A stretch of 63,448 nucleotides of DNA, counting the filler, from Octopus bimaculoides (lineage: Eukaryota): NCBI RefSeq assembly GCF_001194135.2. It is 7 parts of 7 records of this genome, joined end to end, with 100 filler letters (N's around TTAATTAATTAA, not from the genome) between each part and the next. Parts side by side here need not be neighbours in the genome. Positions count along the whole stretch, not along the records: positions 9,051 to 35,329 come from NC_068993.1; 6 more parts are not named here. The stretch is one strand, 5' to 3'. How positions within the stretch are numbered: position 1 is the first letter of the stretch; each line of letters begins with the position of its first letter. This document shows positions 13,441 through 26,614 of this stretch, piece after piece. Both the position numbers and the translations under genes were made by a program. The notes beneath the pieces are model-generated. The model searched no databases, was not told the origin of the DNA, and was given only the letters and a program-made list of their open reading frames with translations.

Positions 13441-14651
13441 TCACTGTCTTCCTCTGTTAGATTATTAATTTATGTATTTTACTGGCCGAATGGATAAGCT
13501 GTGTAACCAGACATTTGGGAATTGAACTGGAAATTCAATTACCACAATATTTGTTTCATTGTGTTGCTGAGAAAGTAGGCACTTGATGCTCTATTTGATG
13601 ATAATGACAATTTTTCTTTAGTCTGCCATTGGTTTGCATATTTTCTCTCTCAGTCAGGTTATGCTGTTGTAATTTAGTTTCGGATCAACTGAGATATAAC
13701 CATTTTTTAGATGTATGTTGAACATCATTATCCATGTGTCATTTCCACATTGAAGATGAGGGAGTATGATTTGAGGGTAATTTGAATGCTATCTTAGACA
13801 AGTTGTGTAGCAGAAGCAGTTTCCTTTATTGGCTCAACCACAGCATATTACAAAGACAGATGTTCAGAAACAAACAGTTTTGTCCATTTGATCCATGTGA
13901 TCCATGGGTGGAACCAATTTTCCTTTAAAATTATTTGAAATTTTGGTGCATGATTATAAGCTTCAATGATTTCTTCGAAAACGTTGAGACCTATTACTTG
14001 CAGATTATTCCACATATTCTGCCACAATAACAAAATAATATAATTTTTTCTAATTTTATGATTCTTAGTTGCAGAGACAGAAGAGAAATAATCAAATTTA
14101 TTGCCTTTTATGTAACAAAATTTAATCCAAAGTGCTAGTTTAAAGTGATGTAACTACTAAATAATTATAAAATTTAAGTTGAAGTGGTGCTACTTCAGTG
14201 CAGGTTTCTTTCTCAAACCAGCAAAATGAAATAATCTCAAACTGAAGCATTACAATTAAAATGACAAAGAATATGAGAGGTCATCAATTATTTCCTCAGT
14301 ACTTGAGTTAAGTTGATAACCCCAATGATAATATAGTTGTTATTCTAAATCAATAATGAAACTTATTATAAATTTAAATGTTTCTTTAAATAAAAATTTT
14401 CTCTTTCTAAAGAAGCAAAAATTTCTTTTGTATTCCTACAGCAAAACTTTATGTCAGACAAGAAAAGAGAAAAAAATATAAAAATGATGATGATAATGAA
14501 GATGATGATGATGGTGATGATGACAACAACAATAATGATGATTAGGAGGATGTGAAGTGAGAATGATAATGAGAAAGCGGTGATGGCAGTGATGATGAGG
14601 TGATGTTATAACGCATCAAATAATCAGCTGTTACACAAGCCAATGAAGGAG

Positions 14652-14685
<34 letters not shown>

Positions 14686-14931
14686 NNNNNNNNNNNNNNN
14701 NNNNNNNNNNNNNNNNNNNNNNNNNNNNNNNNNNNNNNNNNNNNNNNNNNNNNNNNNNNNNNNNNNNNNNNNNNNNNNNNNNNNNNNNNNNNNNNNNNNN
14801 NNNNNNNNNNNNNNNNNNNNNNNNNNNNNNNNNNNNNNNNNNNNNNNNNNNNNNNNNNNNNNNNNNNNNNNNNNNNNNNNNNNNNNNNNNNNNNNNNNNN
14901 NNNNNNNNNNNNNNNNNNNNNNNNNNNNNNN

Positions 14932-14972
<41 letters not shown>

Positions 14973-15239
14973 TAGATATACATACATACATATATATATA
15001 TATATAGATATATATTTATAAGTTTTTGTGGAAAGAGGTTATTCTTTCCTAGGGATATTTATCCAAGCGCACACCGGTTTAGCTCTATATTGATTAACGA
15101 TACTAGAAATTTCACATGTACATATGTACTAGTATTTATCGTTGCTTCTTTCTCCATAGTAGTACCTTATACTTTTGAAATTCCAGTTGTCAGTATAGAT
15201 GTTTCCATCTTTTCAATATAGGAGAAAAATTTTAACAAC

Positions 15240-16795
15240 ACAAAAAAAAAAAGGGAAAATGCATACACAGAATAATCAATATATTTATTATAATGGTCAA
15301 TTCATGTTGCCTACACATATTACGGTCTATTATTTAAAGCCATATTTATGAAATTAATTTATATTATGAATCTCAAAATGCAAGAAGGCTTCATCAGGGC
15401 AAAAATTGACTGTTATCAACGTAAAATTGACTGTCATTTTTTCCCACATCCTAACAGTTGGAGAGTTCCTTCCAACTAAATTGTAGCATGTGCATCTTGG
15501 ATTCTGTTCTGAAGTAGGGAGGGCTGATTTTGACCTCACTGGACAAAGGATAGGCATAGTTCAGAAGAACTAGGTCATGTTACTATTCACTCTTTTTGGT
15601 GGTGCAAACCAGCTTTTTACAGGTTAGCCATAATCTTCATCATTGCTCAGTATGTCTATAAACACATTCTTCTTTACCTATATAGCTTTATAAACCTGCT
15701 TTTACCATTTTTACTATACAACATGTTCACAATATATATTTATATGTTCTTAAGTCTAGTGCTTGCTTCTTTTCTCTTATCCCTGAAGGTATCCCTAGAG
15801 ATAGATATTTAAATTATTTTAGTTACAAATAAACACTGTGTATATGATACATAAGAATTGTACTGCTACACTATTAATTAAATAGACAAGTATATGTAAG
15901 AACCCAAACTATCAACTAATATATCTAAATAAATAATGACATTAATAATAACTAATATAACTTCTTATAATAAGAATAAGCAAAAAATATATGAGTAAAA
16001 AGTAGCAAATAAGTACATGCCTAGATTTTGTTGTTTGCCAATAATAAGAACATATAAATATAAATATAAATATATATTGCGTACATGATGGATAGTGCAA
16101 ATGGTAAAAGCAGGTATATAAACCTATGTAGTTTATGAAAAATGTGTTTATAGATATACTAAACAGAGATGAAGATAATGGCTAGCCTGTAAACGATGTT
16201 TATTTGTAACTAAAATAATTTAAATACCTAACTCTAGGGATACCTTCAGGGATAAGAGAAAAAAAAGCAAGCACTAGTCTTAAGAACATATAAATATATA
16301 TTGTGAACATGATGCATAGTGAAAATGGTAAAAGCAGGTTTATAAACCTATATAGTTAAAGAAGAATATGTTTATAGACATATTGAGCAATGATAAAGAT
16401 TATGGCTAACCTGTAAAATTCTGGTTTGTACCACCAAAAAGAGTGAATAGTAACATGACATAGTTCTTCTGAACTATGCCTATCCTTTGTCCAGTGAGGT
16501 CAAAATCAGCCTCTAGCTATTTTTAGAACAGAATCCAAGATACCTATGCTACAATTTAATTGGAATGAACTCTCCATCTGTTAGGATGTGGGAAAAAATA
16601 ACAGTCAATTTTGCATTGAAGGCAGTCACTTTTTGCCCTGATGAAGGTCTTTTTTATTTTAAAATTTATAATACAAATTAATTGCATAAATATGGATTTA
16701 AGTAATAAACCAAAATGCGCATAAGCAACATGAACTGACTATTATAATAAATATATTGATTATTCTGTGTATTCATTTTCCATTTTCTTTGTATT
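15240..16795. repeat. Large inverted repeat: arms about 15240-15836 and 16196-16795, with a third partial arm copy in the spacer
   Basis: Left gctgattttgacctcactggacaaaggataggcatagttcagaagaacta is the exact reverse complement of the right-arm stretch at about 16461-16510. Similarity continues across about 600 bp. 16043-16195 directly repeats about 16281-16420. Confidence 0.95.
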
Positions 16796-16831
16796 ATATA
16801 TATATATATATATATACACATACACACATAG

Positions 16832-16975
16832 GTGTTAGAAAGAGCATCCATTCATAGAAACCATGCCAAATCAGATTGGAACTGGTGCAGCTCTCTAGCT
16901 TACCAGTTCCAGTCAAACTACCTAGCACATGTTAGCATGGAAAGTGGACTTTAAACAATGATGATGATGATGATA
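16832..16975 (+). mobile_element. 3' end of a retroposon with (GAT)n tail
   Basis: agagcatcca..agaaaccatgccaaatcag..gttagcatggaaagtggactttaaacaatgatgatg. Related tails at about 11215 (+) and 30600-30760 (-). Confidence 0.65.
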
Positions 16976-17215
16976 GTGGGGATGATGACATATATATATT
17001 TTTTTTTTTTTATTATTATTAATATTTAGCAGAGTTTCGTATGTTGGTACTTATGCCAATACACAAAACTCTCAGCTCTTGAGACACTTTGCTGCATATA
17101 TGTATTNNNNNNNNNNNNNNNNNNNNNNNNNNNNNNNNNNNNNNNNNNNNNNNNNNNNNNNNNNNNNNNNNNNNNNNNNNNNNNNNNNNNNNNNNNNNNN
17201 NNNNNNNNNNNNNNN

Positions 17216-17277
<62 letters not shown>

Positions 17278-17291
17278 TGTATGTATGTATG

Positions 17292-17324
<33 letters not shown>

Positions 17325-18189
17325 ATGTGTGTGTGTGTGTGTGTGGTCATTCAACTTGCATGAAACAGCAATCAAATTACGGTCTTTCATCTTATATAAG
17401 AGGAAGAATATAATAAATAATGAAGTTTTAGTTATCCAGTAAGATCGTACCTAGAGAGATTTTAATCATAGGCCCAATTGTCCTCGTGGGGTAGGGTTAA
17501 ACAATAATACTAACTCAGATGCCAGGTACTATGGTGGGGGATGGTATTTAATAAATGGACCACTAACTCTAAAACAAACAAAAAAAGAGCGAAAAGCATT
17601 ACAGTACTAAACCAAACTCCTCTTAAAAATCAGGAATGATGTAATGACCACTATTAATAGGAAATGTAGAGTAGTTATTTTATTGATTATCTCTATGTGT
17701 AGCTTTTCATATTTTGAAGCATGGTATTTGATATTTTCTATCACAATATTGGTGTCTGTGGTTTTGCTTTGAAATGGTTTCTCACATGTTTCTCAAAGGC
17801 CAATCACAGAGAATCATTATTTTGAGTTTATTATCTTTGATTATGTGTTTTGCCTCAAGCTTCAGAGGATATGTGTGAATGTGTGTGTGTATTCTGCTAG
17901 TATTATTTAATATTTACTGCTTTTAATATTTACTGATTAAATTGCTAGACAGTGAAAAATGTCTACTCTTAATTCTATACATTTTAAGGTTAAATTCTGC
18001 AGAACTGAACTTGGCACTTTAATCGTTTGAAGCCAATAAAAAACACTATTTTACCAGCTAAGAACCAATAAGTTCTGATATAATAACGTGCACTGACTAT
18101 ATTAACTACTGATACAATACCTCTAGGCCTATTCACTCTCATTCAACTACATCCCTACAACTTCATTGAAAAATGTTTTAAATTACTAT

Positions 18190-18915
18190 TGTTGTGGCTG
18201 TGTGGTAAGAAGCTTGCTTCCCAGCCACATGGTTCCTGGTTCAGTCCCACTGCATGGTACCTTTAGCCTTAGGTCAACCACAGCCATGTAAGTGGATTTG
18301 ATAGATGGAAACTGAAAGAAGCCCACCGTGTGTGTGTGTGTCTATGGTGAATGTGCATGGCTTAGTAGTATTTGGCTTATAATCATAAGGTTGTGAATTC
18401 AATTCCCAGTGATGCATTGTGACCTTGAGCAAGACACTTTATTTCATGTTGCTCCAGTCCACTCAACTGGCAAAAATGAGTAGTTCCTAAATTTCAAATG
18501 GCCAGCCTTGTTATATTCTATATGACATTCAATATCCCTGAAAATTATTTTGAGGGTACACATGTTTGTGGAGCACTCAGCCATTTGCTTGTTAATTTCA
18601 TGAGCAGGCTTTTCTGTTGGTTGGATCAACTGGAACTCTTGTCATCATAACCAACAGAGTGCAGTGCTATATATTTGTGTGTTTGTGTGTGTGTATGTTT
18701 TTTGTCTGTGTTTGTCCCCCCACCCATCATGACTTAACAAATGGTGTTGGTGTGTTTATGACCTCATAACTTAACAGTTCAGCAAAAATGACTGATAGAA
18801 TAAGTACTAGATTTAAAGATAAGTCCTGGGGTCAATTGTTCAACTAAAACCCTTCAAGGTGGTGCTCCAGCATGTCAGCAAGCAAATGGCTGAAACAAGT
18901 TAAAGACTAAAAGAA
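18190..18915 (+). mobile_element. SINE family B with a second tRNA-headed SINE (18352-18665) nested in its central microsatellite
   Basis: Head gtggctgtgtggtaagaagcttgcttcc..ggttcagtcccactg, then a (TG)n tract, the inserted gtgcatggcttagtagta..gtgaattcaattccc element, then the family B tail ending ggtggtgctccagcatg..ctgaaacaag. Confidence 0.8.
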
Positions 18916-18934
18916 TAGATGTAAATGTAGCTTG

Positions 18935-19325
18935 TAGGTGCAGCCATGGATGTGTAAGTAACAATCTTGTTCCCAACCGTATGGTCTTAGTTTGTCCTAC
19001 TGCATGGCACCTTGGACAAGTGTCTTCTTCTATAGTCCTGGGCTGACCAAAGCCTTGAGTAAATTTGGTAGGCAGAAACTGAAAATACCCTTTTGTATAG
19101 AAAAAAACCAATTGTATAAAAAGAAGTCTGTTGTCTCCATCACAGCTTAATGGCCAGTGTTGGTTTGTTTACAACCCTGTAACTTAGTGATTCAGAAAAA
19201 GAGGCTGATAAAGTAAGCACCAAACTTTAAAATAGATGCTGGGCTAGAGTTGTTCAGCTAGACATTCTTGAAAGTGGTGCCCCGGCACAACCACAGACCA
19301 AAGACTAAATCAAGTGAAAGATAAA
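18935..19325 (+). mobile_element. SINE family B, decayed
   Basis: gtaggtgcagccatggatgtgtaag head, caccttggacaagtgtcttc, tail aaagtggtgccc..aatcaagtgaaagataaaa. Confidence 0.8.
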
Positions 19326-19779
19326 AAATAAAGATAATTTTTAAAATTTTAAAGTTAAAATTTAGATTAATTCAAAATTTTTAAAACTTGAAATTAAAAA
19401 CATTTTAAACATTTGGTATTGTATGTAATCAAAAGAAATCCATTTTGTAAAACTGAAGTATGTTTTGTTTATTCCTTTATATATTTCAGCCCAATGGCTG
19501 TGGCCAACAATTTTTGCAAATCTCAGTTCTATAAATTGATAGGACAAATTCTGCATTGACTGACACCTCCCACTTTGGAAAACCAGATCAGATTCTCAAA
19601 GACAAGCTAACAATACTATAAGTATTCTAGCTAAACAGTTACTTGCATTAGGGTTCAGGTCTTTTTTTTTTTTCTTACAGTAGAATTTTTTCTCCCATTT
19701 TGTGCTGCTAGCTTATAAGCTTTGTTTTAAAATATTATTTCCCTTATGCTTTATGAATAATGAATGAAAAACAGATTAT

Positions 19780-19950
19780 AATTTCATGCAGCCCACAGTA
19801 CCATACTATCTATTTTTTTCAACTATCTAATACTTTCCTGATTATTCAGGCCATGCCAAGAAGGCAAACTTTTGTAATAGTTCTACTGGGCACCCTATTC
19901 TGATTGCCTTTATATTCCTCTTGATGCTTTCTAATACTGTCCCCAGAGAA
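19780..19950 (-). mobile_element. 5'-truncated 3' end of an RLE-type (R4-like) non-LTR element
   Basis: Minus frame ESIKRNIKAIRIGCPVELLQKFAFL resembles the C-terminal ELLQK motif of R4-clade ORFs. Lies next to the (TAA)n tract at about 20003-20045. Confidence 0.55.
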
Positions 19951-19970
19951 TTAAAAAATATTCAACATAT

Positions 19971-20002
<32 letters not shown>

Positions 20003-20049
20003 TTATTATTATTATTATTATTATTATTAATATTATTATTATTATCATT

Positions 20050-20600
20050 ATTGAATGAGAGAGTAGTGCATGCCCTCAAAATGACACTGGGGTAAAATAT
20101 ACGAAGCCCAATATACCCATCATGACTACCTGTCTGATAAGGATACACCAGGCACATGCATCACAACAATATGTGCGCGACATGATGATCTCATATCAAG
20201 ATAAACAGTGTATGACCTTGCAGGTGGGGCCCAGTTAGAATTTTTGTCAGGTCAAGTAGCCCAACCCACTCTAAAAGTCCCTGAATAAGGTTTGTTTAAG
20301 GATGTTGAGCAAAACACCCATGTTTCCAAAGGTGAATTATTCAAACCCCAAAGAATTCTTCTCAACACATGGCTATGATGCCCCCCATTGCTCATGATCA
20401 GAGATGCACATATCGTCAGCCACTAAAGGACATGCTCAAATGGTTAAGGTCAAACAACTGACAAGCCAATCTGTGGTATTGAGCAGAATATTTGCTGTAG
20501 CCCATCTTTTATACCAAAACAAAACAATATACATGATAACACTTCCAATCAGTTAAGATCAGAAGCCACGAGAGCCAGTGCTTGGTACTGCATCAGGGCA
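20050..20600 (-). mobile_element. About 560-bp interspersed repeat without tRNA head, flanked by (TAA)n and (CAA)n
   Basis: Alignable with copies at 29370-29890 and 42475-42941. Confidence 0.9.
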
Positions 20601-20619
20601 TTTATTGTTGTTGTTGTTG

Positions 20620-20836
20620 TTAAGGTGGTAAGCTGGCAGAATTATCAGCATGCTGGATGAAATGCATTGCGGTATTTTGCCTGTTACTACATTTTGAGTT
20701 CAAATTCCACCAAGGTCAACTTTGCCTTTCATCCTTTTGGGGTTGATAAATTAAGTACCAGTGAAACACTGGAATGGATGTAATCAACTAGCCCCCACCC
20801 ACCAAATTTGAGACTTTGTGCCTCCAGTAGAAAGGA

Positions 20837-20840
<4 letters not shown>
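20620..20840 (+). mobile_element. SINE family A
   Basis: aaggtggtaagctggcagaattatcagcatgctgg..gagttcaaattcc..agtagaaagg followed by (ATT)n. Confidence 0.9.
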
Positions 20841-20886
<46 letters not shown>

Positions 20887-22567
20887 GTTGTTGTTATTGT
20901 AGTTCATGGTTTCTACTGCTTTCTCACACCAATACTTTTCATAACAAAAATTCCACTGACCCTTCACATAATATCATTGTCCAAGAACATACACAATTGT
21001 GACAAATCTTTCTCTATCATTCTGTGAAACCGTCTAATTACATAAAAACAGACAGATCTTTGAATGAATTTCCAGTTGTTTCATTATTGTCCACTACAAA
21101 CACTGTATGAAACACTTGTAACTCTGTAATGTTATTATCAGTCTGAATATGCTTGATGCACGTTCGAACTGGGGAGCAAGCTACTGACTGTGTTTTGTCC
21201 CAGAGAATATATCTCACTTGTTGACAAATAGTGTGTAGACACCAAGATCAATTTGCAGCACCATCTACCTAGACTAGGAAATGCTAGCAATTTGGAGTAG
21301 TTATCTCTTCATCAGTTACAGACACTAGGCAGGTGACTCTACGAGCTGAATTAAGAGATTACCTCTCTTATGCTTTTCCAGTTATTGTACAATGACTGGT
21401 AGCACTATATGGTGGCTCATCGTAAGTAAATTATGGAGATACTTTCATTGCTTTCTCCTACAAAAACACTGTATAAAATACTTATAACTCTCTACCTTCC
21501 ATTTCTTGCTATTTAAAGTCAATCATAGTTTCCATTCTTTTTTTCAAGAAGAACAATGCTTTTCTTGTTTCTTTAAAACTACAATTCAATCGTTCTGCCT
21601 TTGAATTTAAGAACTTTGTGCTTTCCATATAAATAATGAATATAAATAAATAATATAATTTTTACTTTCTTTTTGTAATTCCTTCCTAATATCTAGCATA
21701 TAGAATAAATCAATTTATCAGCTAATAGACATAACATGTCATATTTTTCCCTGTAGATATGATATATTAAATACCTAGTTTAATCAAATACTCTGTATAA
21801 GTAAAGAATTTTCTCCAAAATGAAAAATAACTAAGTACCATATTACAGATCATAATAATTTGGCTTTAAAAAAATGTTTGTTAAAAACATGGTAGACACA
21901 AAAATATAAATTTGTTGCTCAGTGTTGTTTTGTTTAACTGCATGTGAGCTTGATTAAGCAGACTTAATACCAAAGTATTGCAGCCATGATCTACATTACT
22001 ATATATATATATATATATATATATATCTTTTGTTGTTTACACACCCATCTTCGTCTTTTGTTTTGTTTGTTTGTTTTGTAAATTCCAACTATATAACTTC
22101 TGTTCATCCTCTAATTCCTTATGTACTTTGTACTTCTATATGTAAACCATGTTGGCAAAATAACATAGTCTGCCATGGACACCTGTGCTTTGGTTCTTTC
22201 TTTCTTCTTCTTTTCTTCCTTTCTTTTGTCACTTTTGCTATGAATTAAATTAATGAATTCAACGGGATACACAGTCTGCAAGTAGTTGGGTTCAGCATAT
22301 TATCCTCCATTTTCTAATTGTTACACAAATTTTGGGTAAAACCTCCACTTTTACCCGCTCCTATTGATTGCACCTAGTATAGCACTAGTGTAGCAATAAT
22401 TGGGTACCCTCCCAGCAGTATACTGGATAGATACTATCCCTTAGTGGGTTGTACCCCCAACCCCTAACTCTNNNNNNNNNNATATATATATATATATATA
22501 TATATTTCGTTTTTGTTTTTGGATTTGGTTTGCAAGATTTTTTTATGTGAATTCCTGTGTTGAAGCA

Positions 22568-22854
22568 TATTTTATTGTGTCTGGGGAGACTTATTCTGTT
22601 TTAATGCCTTATTAATTAACACACTCACCGGTTCGATTTCCACTCATTTACTTACTTTTTCTAAAATTGTCATTGCTTCTTGCAACCTCTTCAATAATTG
22701 TTGACTCTATATCCATTATTGGAGTTGCATCCTATTTGTTTGTTTGTGCACATGTATGTGCATCAGTGTGAATGTGTATACACATATGTATGTATGGATG
22801 TGCATGTAGAAGGTAGAAACATGTAGACACAAGGAAACAGTGGTACACACACAA

Positions 22855-22935
<81 letters not shown>

Positions 22936-23064
22936 TGCACAAACATAAACACACAAACAAGAAAATACATGAATATGCAGAATACATACATACAAACACA
23001 CATACGCATACATATATATATGCATACACGCACACATGCCTATATACATACATACACACATACA

Positions 23065-23095
<31 letters not shown>

Positions 23096-23296
23096 GTGTA
23101 TACACATGCACACTGCTGCACACACATCTGCACAAACAAACAAACAAAAAGAATGCAGCTCCAATAATGGACAGAGTCAACAGCTACTGAAGAGGTTGCA
23201 AGAAGCAACGAAAATTTAGAAAAAATAAATAAGTAAATGAGTGGAAATCGAGTGTGTTAAGTAACAAGGCATTAAAACAGAATGACTCTCCTCAAA

Positions 23297-23300
<4 letters not shown>
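22568..23300. repeat. Inverted pair of about 230-bp repeat copies around a (CA)/(TACA) tract
   Basis: Left ttccactcatttacttac..gcttcttgcaacctcttc..ccattattggagttgc is mirrored by right gcagctccaataatgg..gaagaggttgcaagaagc..gtaaatgagtggaa. Confidence 0.9.
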
Positions 23301-23338
<38 letters not shown>

Positions 23339-23971
23339 ACAGTAGGGTGTGATTGATAAAAGATTTGGCTGCTATTTCCAACAGATCAGGCAATCACATA
23401 ATAACTCTCACAATGGCAGCTGTGTTTTGTACCAAATAACAAAGTACTGCAGCAGATGTTGAAAATGCTGTGAGGCTTGTCCTATCCGCAGATGGAAGAA
23501 CAGATATAAAATGATAATGATGATGATGATGATAGGGGAAGGTAATGATGACGAAGATGACAAGGGAAGTTAATAATGATGATGATGATGACAACGATTA
23601 CAACGATGATAATGGTGAGGATTGAGAGGAGGGGGATGTTGATACTATATAAAATACTCAATTTAATAGATGCTAACTGTATGCAATAAACTGGTTGCTG
23701 CAAACGACATAAAATATCCAATTTATCAGATATTAGATATAGTTAATAAATTGGCCATTCAATAAACTGCTGCATGCATATCAAAATATTTGGGGAGTTT
23801 GTTGCTTTTCTCATATATTTTTATATAATATAACAATATTTTAAAGTTTATTAAAGAAATTATTTTCTTCATATTGATCATATTTTGTCAGGTCTAGAAA
23901 TATGTTTACATTCAAAAAGTTATTTAACTGGAACTATGAACACAATTGGCAAACATGGATATAAATGGTGA

Positions 23972-24072
<101 letters not shown>

Positions 24073-24536
24073 AAGAGAGAGACAGAAAGAGAATGAGTTA
24101 CTGAGAGAAAAGTAGAAAATGTGGAAGAGGTAAATTGAAAGAGGTTCGCAAACAAGACATAAAAAATAAATGAATAAATAAATGAATAAAATACAAAAAA
24201 ATGCAAATTTTCCTGAAGTGATGGGATATTCATAGATATTTGATTGATTTCAATGTGTTAGCAGGAAAAATCAAAGTATTTTTTTTCATTTGAGTATTTC
24301 AATGAATATGGGAATTTTCTGGAAATGATTTTTTAGTTATAAAATCGATTTTTTAAAAAGTTTATTGAAACTGGTGAGCTAAATTTCATAACAATAATGT
24401 TTATTTATTCAGTGTTAATAAAATATTTTAAACTCATTTTTTGGTGCAATCACTCATCCTTCTTTAGTGATATGATGTATAAAAGTATTATGAAGTTTGA
24501 GGTAAAATGAAGCATAAAATATGATGCAGTTAAACG

Positions 24537-24615
24537 TATCATGAAGTTTAAAACATCATGAAGCTTAAAATATCATGAAGCTTAAAATATCACAAAGCTT
24601 AAAATATCATGAAAA
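24537..24615. repeat. 17-bp minisatellite (atcatgaagcttaaaat), about 4.5 copies
   Basis: Direct inspection. Confidence 0.85.
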
Positions 24616-26037
24616 CTTTTCTATTTAGAAGGAAGATGTTTAGTTAGAGACAGCCTAGCTACTAACCTGGTATTCTGAAAAACTGGCCAATGATGAGGTA
24701 AGTGATAGGAATTAAAAATATTTAATAATTCACATATGGTGAATAAAGACGAGACATGAAAAACACAAAAACACAGAACATTTTCCATTTCCATAGCACA
24801 AACTTGAACAAGTTATTAAAGAGATTCTTGGCTGCTTAAGCACTGAAATTGTAGTTTTAGACGTTTTTGGCATTTTCAAAATAAAAAGCACATCAATACA
24901 ACTGACAATAGCTCGGCAGGTTAGCCAAATTATTGGGAAGATTTATGGCTGAATTTATGGTTTAAAAAAATCACAGATAAAAAGCACAATTTATAAACTT
25001 AATACAAAAAACATGTATAAAATATGTAATTGAATTAATTAAAGAATTGTAATATCATCTAGGGGTTCTTAACACCTTACTTTTGACTCCAGCTTTATAT
25101 TATATTATGTCAGAGATGATCTTCTTTGGGATAGTCTAACGAAAATAACATTTCTAAATGCTTTGATAGATTCAATATGTAGCTTAGAGAATTAAGACAT
25201 CTAGATGACCAAAGTTATAGAATTTCTTATATTTAGGTGATCAGGGTTATATAATATCCACTATCTGGGTGACAAGAGTTATAGAATTCTACCCTGAGCA
25301 CACCATACCTGTTATTTGTCTGAACCCAGTATCTGAAATCGTACTCTAATACTATATCTGTTATTTCGTGCAGTATAGTATTAAATATTAAATAACAGCA
25401 TATGGCATTAAATAGCATTTATGTATACCATTGAAGACTCCAATTTCAAGAAGCTACAGCTAATTAAACTAGAATCACAATCTCAAAGTCATCCTCTAAG
25501 AAAGTGTTAAGTGCAAGTTGATGAAACACTTGCCAATATCACTATGGTACCATTGTTCACGCTGACCTGTACTATGAAACACCATCCAATTATACTATGG
25601 CACTATTGTTTAGTGTGCAGTATTTGGTAAACTGGGCTGCTGGCAGCTAAATGTGTTAGCTAGAGATAGACTGCTATGAGTACAACAGTTATACAGTATC
25701 CCGTAATCACTGACATTTCAACTGGTAACTCAGCAATTTTTTGACTCTTCCATTTATGCTCAAGCGCTCAAGTACCTTTATCAAATAGATCTAGAAACTA
25801 ACATAACTGATAAAACAGTGTCCAAGTAGTAATGTTAAATATGAAATATCTTATTTGTTTTGTTTTTTTTTTTGTAATGAGTGAAAAGAATAGGTTAGCT
25901 GTAGCTTGCTAGTATTTGCTAGTATAACACTTATAGTAGGTCATTACAGTAAATAGCCATCCAAATAATGTCAACCGCATACATAAATAAATCATAAAAA
26001 TATGAAGCAATTCTAAATCAACCTGTAAATGATGTTG

Positions 26038-26109
<72 letters not shown>

Positions 26110-26614
26110 GTAATAATAAGAAGAAGAATAAACCATTGCGTGAAGTAAACAATAGTAGGGTAGGGTTAAATATAACTGAACACTAAAAACTGGGTTAACA
26201 TTTGACAGTGAAATATTTGGTGAATCATAGAACAACAGTAAAAAAAAAGAATGGTAGGATAATATTAGGGTAACATCAAAAAAAGATAAGATAGCATTTC
26301 CCTCCCCTGCTGCCATATTTCTTGGTCCTGTTCATTGTTAATGAGATTTTCCAAAATATATTTTTTAAACTTTCTTTTTTCTAGTTAGAAATCCCATCAG
26401 AACACAACTTGCTATGACCACAGTTTAAAGAATATGCTATAGTAAAGCAAGGGAAACAATTTGAAAATTTATGTTTATTAGTACATGTTAGTTTTTTTGT
26501 CTTTTTTTTTTTGTTAAAAGCAAAGATTTGTTTGCCATGCTTGGTAACAGTATCTCTCAAAAGACACAAGACACAAGCATTTGTGCTGAATCAATTGACT
26601 TCAAGAAGACCTAC

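Noticed and set aside
15354-15557. Shared 53-codon open frame in both arms of the large inverted repeat
   Set aside because: None of about 18 differing codons is purely synonymous and changes are spread evenly over codon positions, so there is no coding constraint.
19490-19620. Exon with a PNGCG phospholipase-like motif, or antisense YRTEICKN CCCH-like motif
   Set aside because: Stops occur in all frames before any donor, and the remaining Cys/His ligands are missing.
21382-21421. 40-nt exon before c|gtaagt
   Set aside because: Lies in a 21070-21500 tract with an internal direct repeat and decayed antisense reading frame that looks TE-derived. No independent support.
24629-24697. 69-nt exon with a perfect gag|gtaagt donor
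   Set aside because: Stops in all three frames. It could only be a UTR exon and has no other support.
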